Below are positions 14,357 to 27,229 of a stretch of DNA of 64,000 bases, in pieces (position 1 is the first letter of the stretch; each line of letters begins with the position of its first letter). The stretch covers positions 97,278,001 through 97,342,000 of the forward strand of contig OZ024743.1 of assembly GCA_964016885.1 (NCBI GenBank), given 5' to 3'. The translations under genes and the position numbers were made by a program. This DNA is from Eledone cirrhosa. Its lineage: Eukaryota. The notes below the pieces were generated by a model that was given only the letters and a program-made list of their open reading frames with translations, did not search any database and had not been told where the DNA came from.

Positions 14357-15034
14357 CATTGTTGATGAATTTTGGTCATGAGGATATTACTTATAATAAG
14401 CTGTACGGTTCTGTCTAAATAGTTTGGTAATATAAGTTATGTTTACCTGTACAATATTCTAATAGTAAGTTAGTTTTTGGTTTAGAAAATAATATAAAGA
14501 ACGAACAAACACTTTTTTCTATCGAAATCTGAAATAGTCAGACATGTTCCGATAGTAAGCACTGTGTTCCATATTTTAACAGTTCTATACATCGTTTCTT
14601 TTGATTATTCCTGACTGGAATTGTGTAAAGCTTCAAGCAATTTTAGTATAGTCTCCGTACATAAATACTAAGAATATACGAAGAATAGAAGAAAGGAATA
14701 AAATAGAGATAATTATAAACGTATGCTTGTTGCAAGTGTATGATATCTCATAAAATCTAGGCACAAGAAAGAATATTTATATTGAACGACATAAGGTGCT
14801 CTAAAGTGACTTTTAAAAAAATGATATCTATTTTGTTTTTTGGTAAAAATGATTTCCGTGCTGATTATCAACATTTCTGTTATATATATTGTAAGCCACT
14901 GTCGTTTATATTTACCTCAAATAATAGTCAAATACTGGTGTAATCATACCCTAACCTTAAAAAAGCAATGGACATATTAAATTATGTTCTAAATATCCCT
15001 GGAATATGGGATTGTCATGACTATTTACCTCGTC

Positions 15035-15084
<50 letters not shown>

Positions 15085-15088
<4 letters not shown>

Positions 15089-15220
15089 ATAATAATAAAT
15101 TTGAAGACTAAAATCCAAAGAGGGCTCGATAAGGATAAATATATATCAAATATATAAGAACCGTAGAGCAAAATGGGTGAAAGCAGCGATTCTTTGCTTA
15201 AACTTTAATCTGTAATTTTA

Positions 15221-15224
<4 letters not shown>
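15085..15224. mobile_element. Truncated, internally inverted CAGAAGA-family copy in (TA)n
   Basis: 15085-15172 is the family tail in minus sense; 15175-15224 is the 3' half of the HHR in plus sense. Confidence 0.75.
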
Positions 15225-15294
<70 letters not shown>

Positions 15295-15693
15295 GGAAGA
15301 AATGAAACGAAATTGCATTTCTCACTCTTAGTACAGCTGTTACTTAAATATAAGTATGTATACGTACATACATATATGTATACAGACGTACAGTAGTATG
15401 TATAATAAATGTTCGGTGAATCCATACGTACATATATATATGTGTGCATGTATGTATATATATACATACTACTGTACGACTGTATACATATATGTATGTA
15501 CGTATACAAACTTATATTTAAGTAACAGCCGTACTAAGAGTGAGAAATGAAATTTCGTTTCATTTTTTCTGTTTATCGTTTTCGGTACCCCGACCGATTA
15601 ACTCACTCGATATGCAAATTAGGCTGCTCAGCCGTTAATATGCATAAGGAAAGTATATACTTTCAGACGTTCAACCATCTGGCAGGAAGGTAT

Positions 15694-15736
15694 ACCTTGC
15701 TGACGATAGCTAATAAGCTTGAAACTAGTACAGCGT
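15694..15736 (+). ncRNA. Minimal type I hammerhead ribozyme, unit 1
   Basis: ACCTTG-CTGACGA-T-AGCT-AATA-AGCT-T-GAAA-CTAG-TA|CAGCGT; palindromic stem III ACTAGT; GUA site at 15730. Confidence 0.8.
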
Positions 15737-16126
15737 TCCTTTGTCAGTGTTGAACAAATGAGCAACGATGGTTGCTAGACACTGTACGGCTTAATTCGGG
15801 ATGTTTGTTTACAAACACACCGAGCATTATAATAAATGTTCGGTGAATCCATACGTACATATATATATATATGTGTGCATGTATGTATATATATATACAT
15901 ACTACTGTACGTCTGTATACATATATGTATGTACGTATACATACTTATATTTAAGTAACAGCCGTACTAAGAGTGAGAAATGAAATTTCGTTTCATTATT
16001 TCTGTTTATCGTTTTCGGTACCCCGACCGATTAACTCACTCGATATGCAAATTAGGCAGCTCAGCCGTTAATATGCATAAGGAAAATATATACTTTCAGA
16101 TGTTCAACTACCTGGCAGGAAGGTAT

Positions 16127-16169
16127 ACCTTGCTGACGATAGCTAATAAGCTTGAAACTAGTACAGCGT
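16127..16169 (+). ncRNA. Minimal type I hammerhead ribozyme, unit 2
   Basis: Identical to unit 1; site at 16163. Confidence 0.8.
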
Positions 16170-16553
16170 TCCTTTGTCAGTGTTGAACAAATGAGCAACG
16201 ATGGTTGCTAGACACTGTACGGCTTAATTCGGGATGTTTGTTTACAAACACACCGAACATTATAATACATGTTCGGTGAATCCATACGTACATATATATA
16301 TGTGTGCATGTATGTATATATATACATACTACTGTACGTCTGTATACATATATGTATGTACGTATACATACTTATATTTAAGTAACAGCCGTACTAAGAG
16401 TGAGAAATGAAATTTCGTTTCATTTTTTCTGTTTATCGTTTTCGGTACCCCGACCGATTAACTCACTCGATATGCAAATTAGGCTGCTCAGCCGTTAATA
16501 TGCATAAGGAAAGTATATACTTTCAGACGTTCAACCATCTGGCAGGAAGGTAT

Positions 16554-16596
16554 ACCTTGCTGACGATAGCTAATAAGCTTGAAACTAGTACAGCGT
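16554..16596 (+). ncRNA. Minimal type I hammerhead ribozyme, unit 3
   Basis: Identical to unit 1; site at 16590. Confidence 0.8.
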
Positions 16597-16746
16597 TCCT
16601 TTGTCAGTGTTGAACAAATGAGCAACTCGGTTGCTAGACACTGTACGGCTTAATTCGGGATGTTTGTTTACAAACAAACCGAGCATTGTAATAAATGTTC
16701 GTTAAATCCATACGTACATATATATATATATGTGTGTGCATGTATG

Positions 16747-16786
<40 letters not shown>

Positions 16787-17017
16787 GAAACACACAGATA
16801 CATGCGGACACACACATATATACATGAATGCATCCGCACCCAACTGTGAGTTAAGGGTGCCAACTTCACCGATGTTGCTCAATGAATGACTGGGACAGAC
16901 CAATTCAGTTTGAACTAGACTGAACCAGTATCAGAGTTAAAAATACATTATGAAGAGAGAAGAAACATTTAGATATAATTAGTAATAAAATGTATCATAC
17001 CTAAACTGTTCCTAAAT

Positions 17018-17105
17018 TCCTCGACTACGTAGTTTCGTGGCATAAACAAAAACAATATATCAAAGATATAGAGTCCTTGCGAGGTCTGCCGACTTATCAA
17101 GAGGA
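17018..17105 (-). ncRNA. HHR, U3-A8 variant (left arm)
   Basis: Reverse complement of 17997-18084. Confidence 0.75.
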
Positions 17106-17996
17106 TACCTCATTTTACTAGTCTCAAGAACGCGTCTACACGACGTGAGAAAGAATCCCAAAAGGCGGAGGGGGAGATAGTCACGCGATATAACGGTCGA
17201 GAAACAGAGCTAAGCCTCTTATAACCACGAAGAAAATACCACGGAGGCGGAGGGGGTATTCATATCGAGGCCGTAGAAGAGGTAGTGAAGAAGGCGAGAA
17301 GTATGAGTAATGGAAGCTTTCCAGTTGTCCCCACACTTCAAAGATTGCTCGACCAGAGGGAGTTATTAATATATTTAGAAACACACAGATACATGCGGAC
17401 ACACACATATATACATGAATGCATCCGCACCCAACTGTGAGTTAAGGGTGCCAACTTCACCGATGTTGCTCAATGAATGACTGGGACAGACCAATTCAGT
17501 TTGAACTAGACTGAACCAGTATCAGAGTTAAAAATACATTATGAAGAGAGAAGAAACACATAATGTATTTTTAACTTTGATACTGGTTCAGTCTAGTTCA
17601 AACTGAATTGGTCTGTCCCAGTCATTCATTGAGCAACATCGGTGAAGTTGGCACCCTTAACTCACAGTTGGGTGCGGATGCATTCATGTATATATGTGTG
17701 TGTCCGCATGTATCTGTGTGTTTCTAAATATATTAATAACTCCCTCTGGTCGAGCAATCTTTGAAGTGTGGGGACAACTGGAAAGCTTCCATTACTCATA
17801 CTTCTCGCCTTCTTCACTACCTCTTCTACGGCCTCGATATGAATACCCCCTCCGCCTCCGTGGTATTTTCTTCGTGGTTATAAGAGGCTTAGCTCTGTTT
17901 CTCGACCGCTATATCGCGTGACTATCTCCCCCTCCGCCTTTTGGGATTCTTTCTCACGTCGTGTAGACGCGTTCTTGAGACTAGTAAAATGAGGTA

Positions 17997-18084
17997 TCCT
18001 CTTGATAAGTCGGCAGACCTCGCAAGGACTCTATATCTTTGATATATTGTTTTTGTTTATGCCACGAAACTACGTAGTCGAGGA
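17997..18084 (+). ncRNA. HHR, U3-A8 variant with long stem II (right arm)
   Basis: TCCTC-TTGATAA-GT(c)GGCA...TGCC-AC-GAAA-CTACGTAG-TC|GAGGA; GUC site at 18079. Confidence 0.75.
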
Positions 18085-18153
18085 ATTTAGGAACAGTTTA
18101 GGTATGATACATTTTATTACTAATTATATCTAAATGTTTCTTCTCTCTTCATA

Positions 18154-18184
<31 letters not shown>

Positions 18185-18189
<5 letters not shown>

Positions 18190-18371
18190 GCAAACGTACA
18201 GTAGTATGTATATATATATACATACATGCACACATATATATATGTATGTATGGATTCACCGAACATGTATTATAATGTTCGGTGTGTTTGTAAACAAACA
18301 TCCAGAATTAAGCCGTACAGTGTCTAGCAACCATCGTTGCTCATTTGTTCAACACTGACAAAGGAACGCTG
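18185..18371 (-). mobile_element. Inverted partial copy of the ~430-bp retrozyme-like unit
   Basis: Reverse complement of the unit from CAGCGTTCCTTTG onward. Confidence 0.85.
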
Positions 18372-18624
18372 GTTCGGTGATGTCGGATTCCATCAGGCTA
18401 CACTGGTCATACGGCGTTTCTCTACACGTAGGTTTGTAGATGACAGCTTCGATAGAAAATCAGATAAAATATCGTCTGGTATTTTCGTTTGTTCATGTTA
18501 CGCAAATGGTTGCTATTGATTCTAATATCTCGGGGGTCATAGATATTAGGTTTGATAAAATCAATTATACTCTACAAGGTGGTGCAGTAGCCTTGTCATA
18601 ATCCAAGGAATTAAGCAAGTAACA

Positions 18625-18679
<55 letters not shown>

Positions 18680-18860
18680 ATGAAAAATTTATGGTAAGGA
18701 ACCAGGTGGACCATAACACACCAGAGTGGGTAATAGGAAAAGGTACAGGACCCCGACGACAGAACTTAAGCCGTTTCGACGGCTATTTCTGAACTCGTCG
18801 GCTATGTGTGTCCAGAAATAGCCTTCTAAACGGCTTGAGCTCTGCCGTCGGGGTCCTGAA
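18680..18860. mobile_element. Small fold-back element with HHR-like motif (family also at 6790, 32650, 35430)
   Basis: Hairpin 18746-18858. Minus strand reads CCGACGA-G...C-GAAA-CGGC...GTC|GGGG. Shared tail GGTAAGGAACCAG.TGGACCATAAC. Confidence 0.65.
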
Positions 18861-18865
18861 CATTT

Positions 18866-18901
<36 letters not shown>

Positions 18902-19996
18902 ATATATATATATATATATACATATGTGTGTGTGTGTGTATCTGTGTGTGTGTGTGTCTGTGTGTTATATATTATTATTTATTTTGTTCATACACGGTAC
19001 AAAATCGCAACCTAGTATTTCAAGTGCCAACATTGACCATATCTCCAGAAATAAGAGGGTACAAATTGTGACCTACTCCTCTGGCGCTTATACGAGTTTA
19101 TAAGGGACCGTTATAAGTAATGCGTGCTAAAATGCTAGTTCATGAAAATTTACTAAAACAAAGGGAAATAAATCCACGATGTAAATTTGAAATAGTGAAA
19201 TCGTATAAATATTCGTGGGCTGTAGCATAAGTATGGTATTATATGGTATGTAATATAGAGATGGTAAAATTTACAACATATGGAGTAGTATGGTATTAAG
19301 TAAGTATGGGAAAAGAAACGGACAGAAAAGATAATACGAAAGTGCATAAATCAAATTAAGGTGGTTGAAAATCAGTCGCATTTGTTGAGTATTTCCACTT
19401 AGAATAAAGTTGGCTTTTGAGATGGAGGGTTCTTATAAATATTTAGCTCTATGAGTTCAAATAATTATTTCGGAGACGGCAAACCTTGTTATATTCAAAG
19501 TTCTCACTAAGACAGAGGCGGCATCTCTTGGTACCATTGGTTTAAGGTCTGAATCTTTGAAGTATATTCCAAGTAATCTTATGTGGGACTCCTTTCTCCT
19601 TTAACGCCTGACCTTGGTGTCAGGGCTATATTGGTTCTCGTATCAGGATTCCTGAAGGAGTGGAGTTGAGTTGCGAATAAAAACGCTGTTTAAAACAAGG
19701 TTGCAGCATACCAACTTATATTTCGCCACTTCTGCGGTGTTGGGCATAGTCTCTACCTCACACGCAACGGGTTAGAAACCGCCCCAGAGAGCAGAGAGAT
19801 TTTGCTAGAAAATGTACCTCAATCTTCCTCAAAGCCATAAAAGAGTGTAAAAGTATAGAAAATACACAATAGTTCCTGAATAGAATATAACTGAGAATAA
19901 AAGAAGAGGTGGTCACGCCCTTGACGAGTGGGTGTATGTAAATACATATAACCACACACACACACATATATCTATATATATATGCAAATACATATA

Positions 19997-20073
<77 letters not shown>

Positions 20074-22217
20074 TTACGCCGCGGCGGGGATTTTACACAC
20101 ATCTCTCTCTCTCTCGCTCTCTTTCTTTCTCTCTCTCTCTCTTCCTCTCTCTGTATATATATATATATATATGTGTGTGTGTGAGTGTATGCGTATATAT
20201 ACCTATATGGATGTGTGTGTGTTTGATGAGTATATGCATATACTCATCAAACACACATATATACATATATACTATATGATAGAGAGGGGGGGGGCGAGAG
20301 TGTTGAGATAAGAGAGAAGAGCTAAGATAGAGAATTCAAATGTTATATAATTGCCTGATCATTAACAATACAAGCAACGATCTATTAATAAACATCTTGA
20401 ATGCAATGAAAGTAAGAATTGAATATCGAAAAATTCTTTGCTTGGAGAATTTCGGCTGCAATGGAAAGTGTAAAAACCCGGAGGGACTTGGAATACAAAT
20501 ACTTAACTGAAAATACATAAGAACCAAGTTATCGTTGAGCTTCTAATACTTTGAAATGACGCATACAGAAAACAAAACCCTTATACTAAAATAGCGGGAT
20601 CTAAATGAAATCCGAAGTTAAGAAAAGAGAAGAAAATTTTAAAATTTATCTAACAATTAAAATTACAGTTAAGAATGAAATGATACAAATCTGTAATAAT
20701 GAAAGGATGCGATTTTACTAAAATATGATTTTGTTGGCGATGATTATGTAACAAATTTTATTGTGAAAGAACTGCAGGAAGTATAGTATGTGATTCGAAA
20801 TATCGTTTGATGAAGCTCGTTACTGGTGATTAAAAGAATCAATAATTTCCTTAATCGTGTGTTGTTTAAATGCAACCATTTTGATCAATGAAATCCTTAT
20901 GGAGAATGAAATGTACTGATCTCTCTCAAATGATGTTTTAAGAGTTCTTATGAACTAACAAGAAACATTCTACGTAAACGCTCAGCCTGCTAGAAACAGC
21001 AGCCAGGTTTGTCCCAAATGATACTTCACGAACGTACATTAGATAATGCAAACTAAAATACAATATATCTAAAGATTAAAGAGGTAGTGGTCATGTCTGG
21101 AACTCTTTTGATCATAAGTAAGAAAAGGAAAATAAGATATTGCGTTGAATCTACTCCGAAAGGGAGATTCTGCTAGAAACTATACCTAAATCCCCCTCAA
21201 AGCCATAGAAGAGTGCAGAAGAATGACAAATATACGATATATTCCTAAATAGAATGAGTATAAAAGAGGAGGTAATCACGTTCTTGATGAATGTCAAATA
21301 AGATATTCTGATATCCTGTTTCAGAGAGCAAGGGGGTATCTTTAAATAGAAAACATGTGTAATGTATGATATCATATATTATCTGGTAAAACAATATTTT
21401 ACCAACTAAAAATGGACAGATTGTAATTAATTAACCTAAAAAACAGCAAGAAAAACGGATACACTACTTATCCAACTACATTGTACAACTAAACTTGTTC
21501 ATTTCCCTTCATGTTGCACAAATTTTCGTTCATGTTTAGCCCTAAATCATCCCTGGTTAAGCAGATGTATGATCAAAACTTTTCCTCTAAACAGTGTATC
21601 CTAGTGTGCTACTATTAGAAGATCGAACGATCACACAGAAGCTCTGTCTCAACTTTTGTGAAAGATTTGCGAAGTTGATTGAATTGACATATGTTTACAG
21701 TTCTTGCCCATATTTTCAACGACGTATAGAAGAGGGGCAAAATCGAAGCCGGTAAATTTAAACTAAAAAAAAAGTAAAGTATTGTTGAGATTAAATATCA
21801 AAAGAGATTTACTTTATCGAAAATGGACGATGGCCATATCACAGATTATATCATCTATGGAGAACTGGAACCCAAGATTTCAGAGTCACCCTAAACTCGT
21901 TACATGGATATTTTCTTGACATGCAAGAAGGAGATCGATACAAACTTGGAAAGCTGGGAAAGACTTGCAGGTGACTGATGGAGGCTTCTGCAAAATCAGG
22001 CACGCAGAAAGAAACACAGCAGCACCGAGAGACAAATCAAAACAGATTTGACTTCTGCAACAGATTATCACTCACACATTCGTCTTTTCAACTACTGGTG
22101 GCACTACTCCAAGTTAAACGAAAACGTTAATGAAGGATCAAGTCCACCAGTGTTATCCAAGTCGAAAAGGATGACAAGGGATACAAATATGTTGTCACAA
22201 TTCATTGCATTATTATG

Positions 22218-22562
22218 TGGATTGGCAGTATCGGTAGATGGTCGGACGCCATGCTTTGCAGCAAAAAGTTACGGCCCTTTATGGTCTGAGTTCAAATCCC
22301 GCCGAGGTTAACTTTGCCTTTCATCCTTACGGAGTCGGTAAAATAAAGTACCAGTAAAACACTGAGATAATTGCTGGCCAAAAGTAGAAACAATTATTAG
22401 GGTCGGACGCCATGCTTTCCAGCATAGTTACGTCCCTTCACGATCTGAGTTCAAATCCCGCCGAGGTTGACTTTACCTTTCATCCTTACGGGGTCGATAA
22501 AATAAAGTACCAGTAATGCACTGGGTAATTTCTGGCCTTGTGCCTAAAGTAGAAACAATTAT
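22218..22562 (+). mobile_element. Two head-to-tail SINE copies (22218-22397, 22399-22562)
   Basis: Family head, core and tail appear twice; the second copy is 5'-truncated. Confidence 0.85.
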
Positions 22563-23247
22563 TAACATTACTCCTAGTAGGATAATGTGTTTAGCCAACT
22601 GAAGCAACTTTCTTTTTACCCCTGGTACGTTTTTAAAAAACTCAAAGAATGTTTGAGGGATTTAAATGAATATTTTGACGGATAAGATTAAGTACCGCAA
22701 TGCAGTAGCATATAGTAATTTCATAATATACTTCCATTGCTTTTAGAGTGCTAAATAAATTAAAACAAATAAAAATATAAGTAAACAGTTTTACTGTCGT
22801 CAAATGTGTAGAAATATTGCGGTTCAAGTTTTCCCTACGTTTTAAAAAGTACCAATTCGTTAATACCAGTCCAGAGCGGCAAATTACAACACTTTTAGAG
22901 CAGTATTCATCCAGGTTCTTTGTGATCGTTTTAACATTCTCTTAAAAAACCTAAAAAACGAATTTATGGTCTTAAATTGGGCGACAGATTAAGCTTGCAA
23001 TCCCAGAACTCAGATCAAAAACAGCCGGAATGAATGCTACACTAACAATTTAATACCATAACAAAGTCTTTGATGGCATTTAACAGAATGTTAGAAATGC
23101 TCAAAAGCCAGGGAATAGTGTTAAAGTGGGCAACGGATTTATTGCAAATATTTGGATTAGGAGTCGGGTTTGAGAATAATTCCGTTTCTTCTAACTTCCA
23201 ATCCTGGATGTCCTAAAACATATGTTTCATATGTCCTACCCTTCCAT

Positions 23248-23502
23248 TTATGGGTACATGTTAAAAGGTGTAACAAATAACTGGAAACTGTGGCAACATT
23301 CATTAATTGTTTCTATTTCATTGACACACACACTGCTGGATTTACCATAGTTTAGATTGTTAGATTTATGGCAAAGGGGAAGTGAAGATTCAGTTAAGGG
23401 AGTATGAAATATTTTACCACTAATTTCTATCAGAAAAACACGAATACCACAAGGTATTCGACCACAATGGTTTAACATATCAAATAGAGCCTGCTGTTGT
23501 AG
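23248..23502 (-). CDS. Candidate terminal coding exon of an unknown host gene
   Basis: Acceptor-like TATTTTCAG followed by 84 open, non-repetitive codons (LQQQALFDMLNHCGRIPCG...NMYP) and TAA. No family recognised. Confidence 0.35.
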   Translation of the reverse strand, partial: LQQQALFDMLNHCGRIPCGIRVFLIEISGKIFHTPLTESSLPLCHKSNNLNYGKSSSVCVNEIETINECCHSFQLFVTPFNMYP

Positions 23503-23958
23503 CTGAAAATATTTCAAAATATGCATTGAAAGCCCTTCTTTATATATCATCTTCGTCACCTTTCTCTTCCTCCCCCTCCTCTTCCCCCTCCTCCCTCTCT
23601 TCCTCCTAATCACCACCATCATCATCATCATCATAACCATTAAGGATATCTCTTTCTTTCATTTTACTTCTACATATAAATAGAAATATTTGAAACTAAG
23701 ATCCATAGTGTTTAGCATTTTGAAAACCTTTTTGAATATAATAATCAAAATTTAGCCATCAAAATACTTATTGAATAAGTCGGAGAATAAAATGCAATTA
23801 AACAACCCCAACAGAGAATCCCTTCATACAACAAAAACAAACAAAACGAAAATAATTAAAAATTCCTTACAAATCAATAACAATAAATATTATCATATCA
23901 TGCGCGTAACGAAAATTAAAATTTTGCCAAAACATTCCCGGTTAGAGCAACCCACCAA

Positions 23959-24044
<86 letters not shown>

Positions 24045-24644
24045 GTATATATATGTGTTTGTGTTGTGTGTTGTGTGGGTCTGTGTGTGTTGTGTGTGTA
24101 AACAGAAAATAAAAATATACCAAAGAAGCTCCGATTACGTTATTGGACTGTGTTTGTTCTTTTATTAATTTTTTCATAAAATCATTTCTTTTTAAATTAG
24201 AGATAAATGAGAAGAGATTCAGAGATCAATATCATATTATACGCGTCAGTTGTTATCTTCAGTAAATCAAAGGATTTTCCACCGAAATTGCATTTATAAT
24301 ACCAGTAAATCAACGGAGAGGAGATGAGGGGAAGAAAGAAAATACATTATAAAGAGAAGAAAGAAAAACAATATGGTGGAAATGTGATAAAGAGGCACAT
24401 AACGATATCGTTAAATAATAGAGAGCCATGCTAGATACAGAAGCCCTGAGTTGCCTAAGAGTTAATGATGTGTAATAGACTCTGCCTATGCAAACATGTA
24501 TGTATATATATATGTATATATGTATGTATAAGCATCGATTTCAGATGTGTCTGTATAACTATATTCTAACACACATATATTCTTGTGTATATAGTTAAAT
24601 ATCTATGTACCTATGTATCTATCTATATATATACATACATAATC

Positions 24645-24685
<41 letters not shown>

Positions 24686-24722
24686 CATATTTTCTAAATA
24701 TCCATTCATATATATATATACA

Positions 24723-24792
<70 letters not shown>

Positions 24793-25289
24793 CATACATA
24801 CATTCTATATTTGTGAAATGTGAAAGAATCTCAGTAAAAGGCTGACAATGAAATTTCTTGAAGACAAACGTTTTCTTTTTTCATGCGCAGAAGGAATAGA
24901 AAAGATTGAGAATCATTGGAAAATAATCCTGTAATCCTGCACAAAACAGGCACTATTCGAACAAAAGTAATAGTAGCTATCCTCTACGATATCATGAATT
25001 CAAGTCTAAATAGAAAATGAACGAGAATGATTCGGCCTCTGAAATATCGTAATAGAACCAGTTTCCTAGACTGCGTCAAAGGAATAAGAGTATCTATGTC
25101 ACTTGACAGCCACAACATTTAGCAATCAATTAAAACTTGAAATTTCAACTGGAGTATTGGTGGTTGTACATAGATATAAAGCTTTGTAAATGTGTCTACT
25201 CATACCAACGCTAACCTCCTTAGGTTTGTCGAATGCTGGAACTATTGTGTTTCAACACTAGTGATAATATCCTATGGAAAAATGATGGT

Positions 25290-25460
25290 GGGGAACCCGA
25301 CATCTATGCGCTTTCGTTCATTCGCTTTTTTCTATGGTTTGCTTTTCATCCGTACGGTATTGATAAAATATAGTACCAGTAACGCACTGAGGTCGATTTA
25401 ATCGACTTTCCCCTTCCCTTCAAATTGCTGGCCTTGTGCCTAAATCAGAAACCGTTATTA
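25290..25460 (+). mobile_element. Diverged SINE
   Basis: Core TTTGCTTTTCATCCG..GATAAAATA.AGTACCAG and family tail. Confidence 0.7.
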
Positions 25461-26282
25461 TTATATGCCAGGAAAAGCCTATCGGTAAAAGAGACTGTAG
25501 TGTGAGGGCGAACATGCTTTTCAATATAGTGATGGTGTTTACGATCCAAGTTATAATTTTGTCAGGAACATCTTTAGTTTCCATTCTCCGGGATCTATAT
25601 ATAATAAATGATAGTCAAGCACCGGATTTGATTTCATCGACTGTCCTCCTCCTCTTGATTTATGGCTTCATACAACTGTTAAATATGATGCTACAAATTA
25701 AATGTTTAGTTATTGTATTAAGGAGTTCGTTCTTCCGTTTAATTGGTTATTTATCCGCAGAAGTAAACTAATGCCATATACTTTATCTCGCCGTTAATTC
25801 GAAGCTTGCGTTGTTAACTTGACATTTAAATACACGAGTATTAAACTTTTTCCATCCTTTGTGACATATACGAATACGTTATGAAATATCCACCAAACCT
25901 AATAATAATAATTGGTCATTATTGAATAATGTACTGGTGCTGAAACTTCCTTAAAATCCAAATATAGATTTTTTAGATTTTTTCTGTCATTAAAATATTC
26001 ATAAACAAATAATGGATCATAATATAGGAAATATTTAAATGTTACATCCATATTTATTAATGGGATTTTATTCTAAAAATTCGGTTAGATAGCATTATTT
26101 GTTTTATTTTTGTTAAATACAAACATCGTAATAAACTTGGCATATGTCAGTGTGCAGATGATACTGTTATGTATATTTATACATTAGAAAAAAATCAGTT
26201 TTAAGCTAGAATGCAATAATATTTCAAAAGTACAGAATATCTTTTTCTGTGGAATAACGAAATGAATGGAGGATATTCATAC

Positions 26283-26433
26283 CTATATTCATGATAATAA
26301 TTCTAAATCCATTATTAAAGCAGCTATATATATTCTGTATTAATGTTGGCAAATGTAATTTATTTACTTTGGGTGGGCTCAAAATGATAAAGTTGAAAAA
26401 TGTAGTTGCTTTTGAGACGGGATTCAATCTAAA
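26283..26433 (-). CDS. Candidate internal exon of an unknown host gene
   Basis: Strong acceptor CTTTTCCATTCTTTTCCTTTACAG, 50 open codons (FRLNPVSKATTFF...), donor AG|GTATGA. Confidence 0.35.
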
Positions 26434-27229
26434 CTGTAAAGGAAAAGAATGGAAAAGAGTGGAACAACCTTAATGAGTCTATATGCGCATCCATGTGTAA
26501 CTGCCTGGTCAATTTGAGATAGAATAATCGTGGAGAGGGAGCAGAAATATATTTCTCGAGAGAAATACATAAGGGTGTGTGTATGTGTGGAGGTATTTCT
26601 TTATGTTTATTGAAATAATTAAACAGCGACGTTAAAAACGGTAAAATGGTGATTCCAAAGGATTCACATTGTAACCTTATTGCCGCCCAAGCAGCATAGA
26701 TAATAATTTGCCTTTAAAAAATTTAATTGCAATGCTGGAATCCTTTAATGAAAGCCGGCACTGTTTACAAAATGTGATACGAAATATTTAATTAAGTGAG
26801 TAACTAATGGCTTCTTACTAAGAGAATAATATTGGTCCATAAGAGAAGACCAACAGATGACTCATCTAATTAATTATAGTTTGCTCCAAATTTCCCTTCT
26901 AACCCTCTTATTCACCTTCTATACACCAATAGATGAGTTGTTTTCCCCTCTAAATACGTACACTACAGATTATAGCTTTCTGAAACGCAGGCATCTTAGA
27001 CTTCACACCAAACTTGCACTGCCACAATTAATAGAGATATCAGGTACAATATTCAATAAGAACCTTCACAATGCTTGTACTGAAGGTTTTCCCTTCTGTT
27101 TTAGTTTTTGTTATGGACTATGAGGGACATGAGCTTTTCATTTTGTCTCCTCACTAGCACAAACTTTGCTGTGTGTGCTCAGTTACTGATGAATCTCCCT
27201 GTTTGTATGTTTAGGTTGTTCTTGTGTAT

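Larger units (their letters stand above)
15291..16760 (+). mobile_element. Tandem ~430-bp HHR-containing array (non-LTR retrozyme-like), ~3.2 units, with an inverted 5' piece
   Basis: Near-identical units with periods 433 and 427 bp, one HHR per unit. 15291-15402 is an inverted copy of ~15463-15575. Confidence 0.85.
16781..18159. mobile_element. Young fold-back element: 600-bp arms plus 188-bp direct repeat (pLTR-like)
   Basis: 16943-17543 and 17559-18159 are near-perfect reverse complements. 16781-16968 repeats at 17372 (period 591). (TA)n on both sides. Confidence 0.9.

Noticed and set aside
14050-14418. Poly-Asp, poly-His and poly-Met ORFs
   Set aside because: (GAT)n microsatellite.
15547-16613. 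Triplicated 68-aa ORF
   Set aside because: Consequence of the tandem repeat; no recognisable domain; it overlaps the HHR.
17181-17921. Identical 75-aa ORFs on opposite strands
   Set aside because: Mirror images created by the fold-back; no coding signature.
20760-20850. KLVTGD*K resembling the mariner transposase TGDEKW motif
   Set aside because: Too short and degenerate, with no other motif or TIR found.
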